Below are positions 63,556-64,000 of a stretch of 64,000 nt of DNA, in pieces. Under the pieces are notes generated by a model. The model saw nothing but the letters and a program-made list of their open reading frames with translations, had not been told where the DNA came from and did no database searches. The stretch spans positions 748,570 to 812,569 of the forward strand of contig NMRA01000129.1 in NCBI GenBank assembly GCA_002633005.1, written 5' to 3'. How positions within the stretch are numbered: the first letter of the stretch is position 1; each line of letters begins with the position of its first letter. The translations under genes and the position numbers were made by a program. The DNA comes from Phoronis australis (Eukaryota; Animalia; Phoronida).

Positions 63556-64000
63556 ATTATGAGAAATGTACAAAGGCATATTCTGAAGCAAAAAAAATAA
63601 AGTACATCATGTGAAACTAGAAACTGTGACATCATGCTGTTTACTGACTATCCTGGCAGTTATCATTTTAAGTTCAACTTTTTTGCTGTAACAAAGTTAT
63701 ATCACAACAGAACAAACTGAAAGTTTTGGTAAAATGAATAGTTTTCATCTGTGTTTATTTCTAAATAACTTTCAGTAATTTCACTTTTTAAATTGCTGTT
63801 ATCAAGGCAATACTCCCCTATAAATGAGAGAGAATCTCCACAGTACCTAGGGTTTTAACCTCGTCTCGAATACTTCACTTGCTTACAGCCCATCCTCAAA
63901 TTATAAGACCAAGACTCCTGTTAAAGTGTCCATATCAGTGTGAATGCCCATTTCCTCAGCATTCTAGCTCCGAAATAGTAAGCGACTTGCTTACACCAAC

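Noticed and set aside
63847-64000. Further upstream PIP5K1 exon at the right edge
   Set aside because: A donor-like site exists, but the expected GHRxV...TYKK peptide is not encoded; that exon is probably outside the window.

Overview
Eukaryotic (animal, AT-rich, intron-containing; probably a marine invertebrate bilaterian, by inference only) genomic DNA with three minus-strand genes arranged head-to-tail. Right to left: (1) the 3' ~17 kb of a type I phosphatidylinositol-4-phosphate 5-kinase gene (PIP5K1), from which 16 phase-compatible exons could be reconstructed (63294 to 46099; the 5' end is outside the window), including a 57-nt cassette exon and candidate alternative terminal exons; (2) a complete 5-exon Vsx/Chx10 homeobox gene (33293 to 14973, 358 aa: octapeptide, Q50 homeodomain, CVC domain, OAR motif); (3) the first coding exon (1478 to 1079) of a second gene with a Vsx-type octapeptide and further motifs shared with Vsx exon 1, most likely a tandem Vsx paralogue running off the left edge. 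Non-coding DNA holds several non-autonomous TIR elements, a probable P-type transposon footprint, a tRNA-SINE remnant, mini/microsatellites, paired-homeodomain sites and CTCF-like motifs. No rRNA, true tRNA, CRISPR array or transposase ORF was seen, and most entries in the ORF track are spurious. Exon boundaries were read by eye from GT-AG signals and frame continuity; family comparisons are from memory, not database searches.
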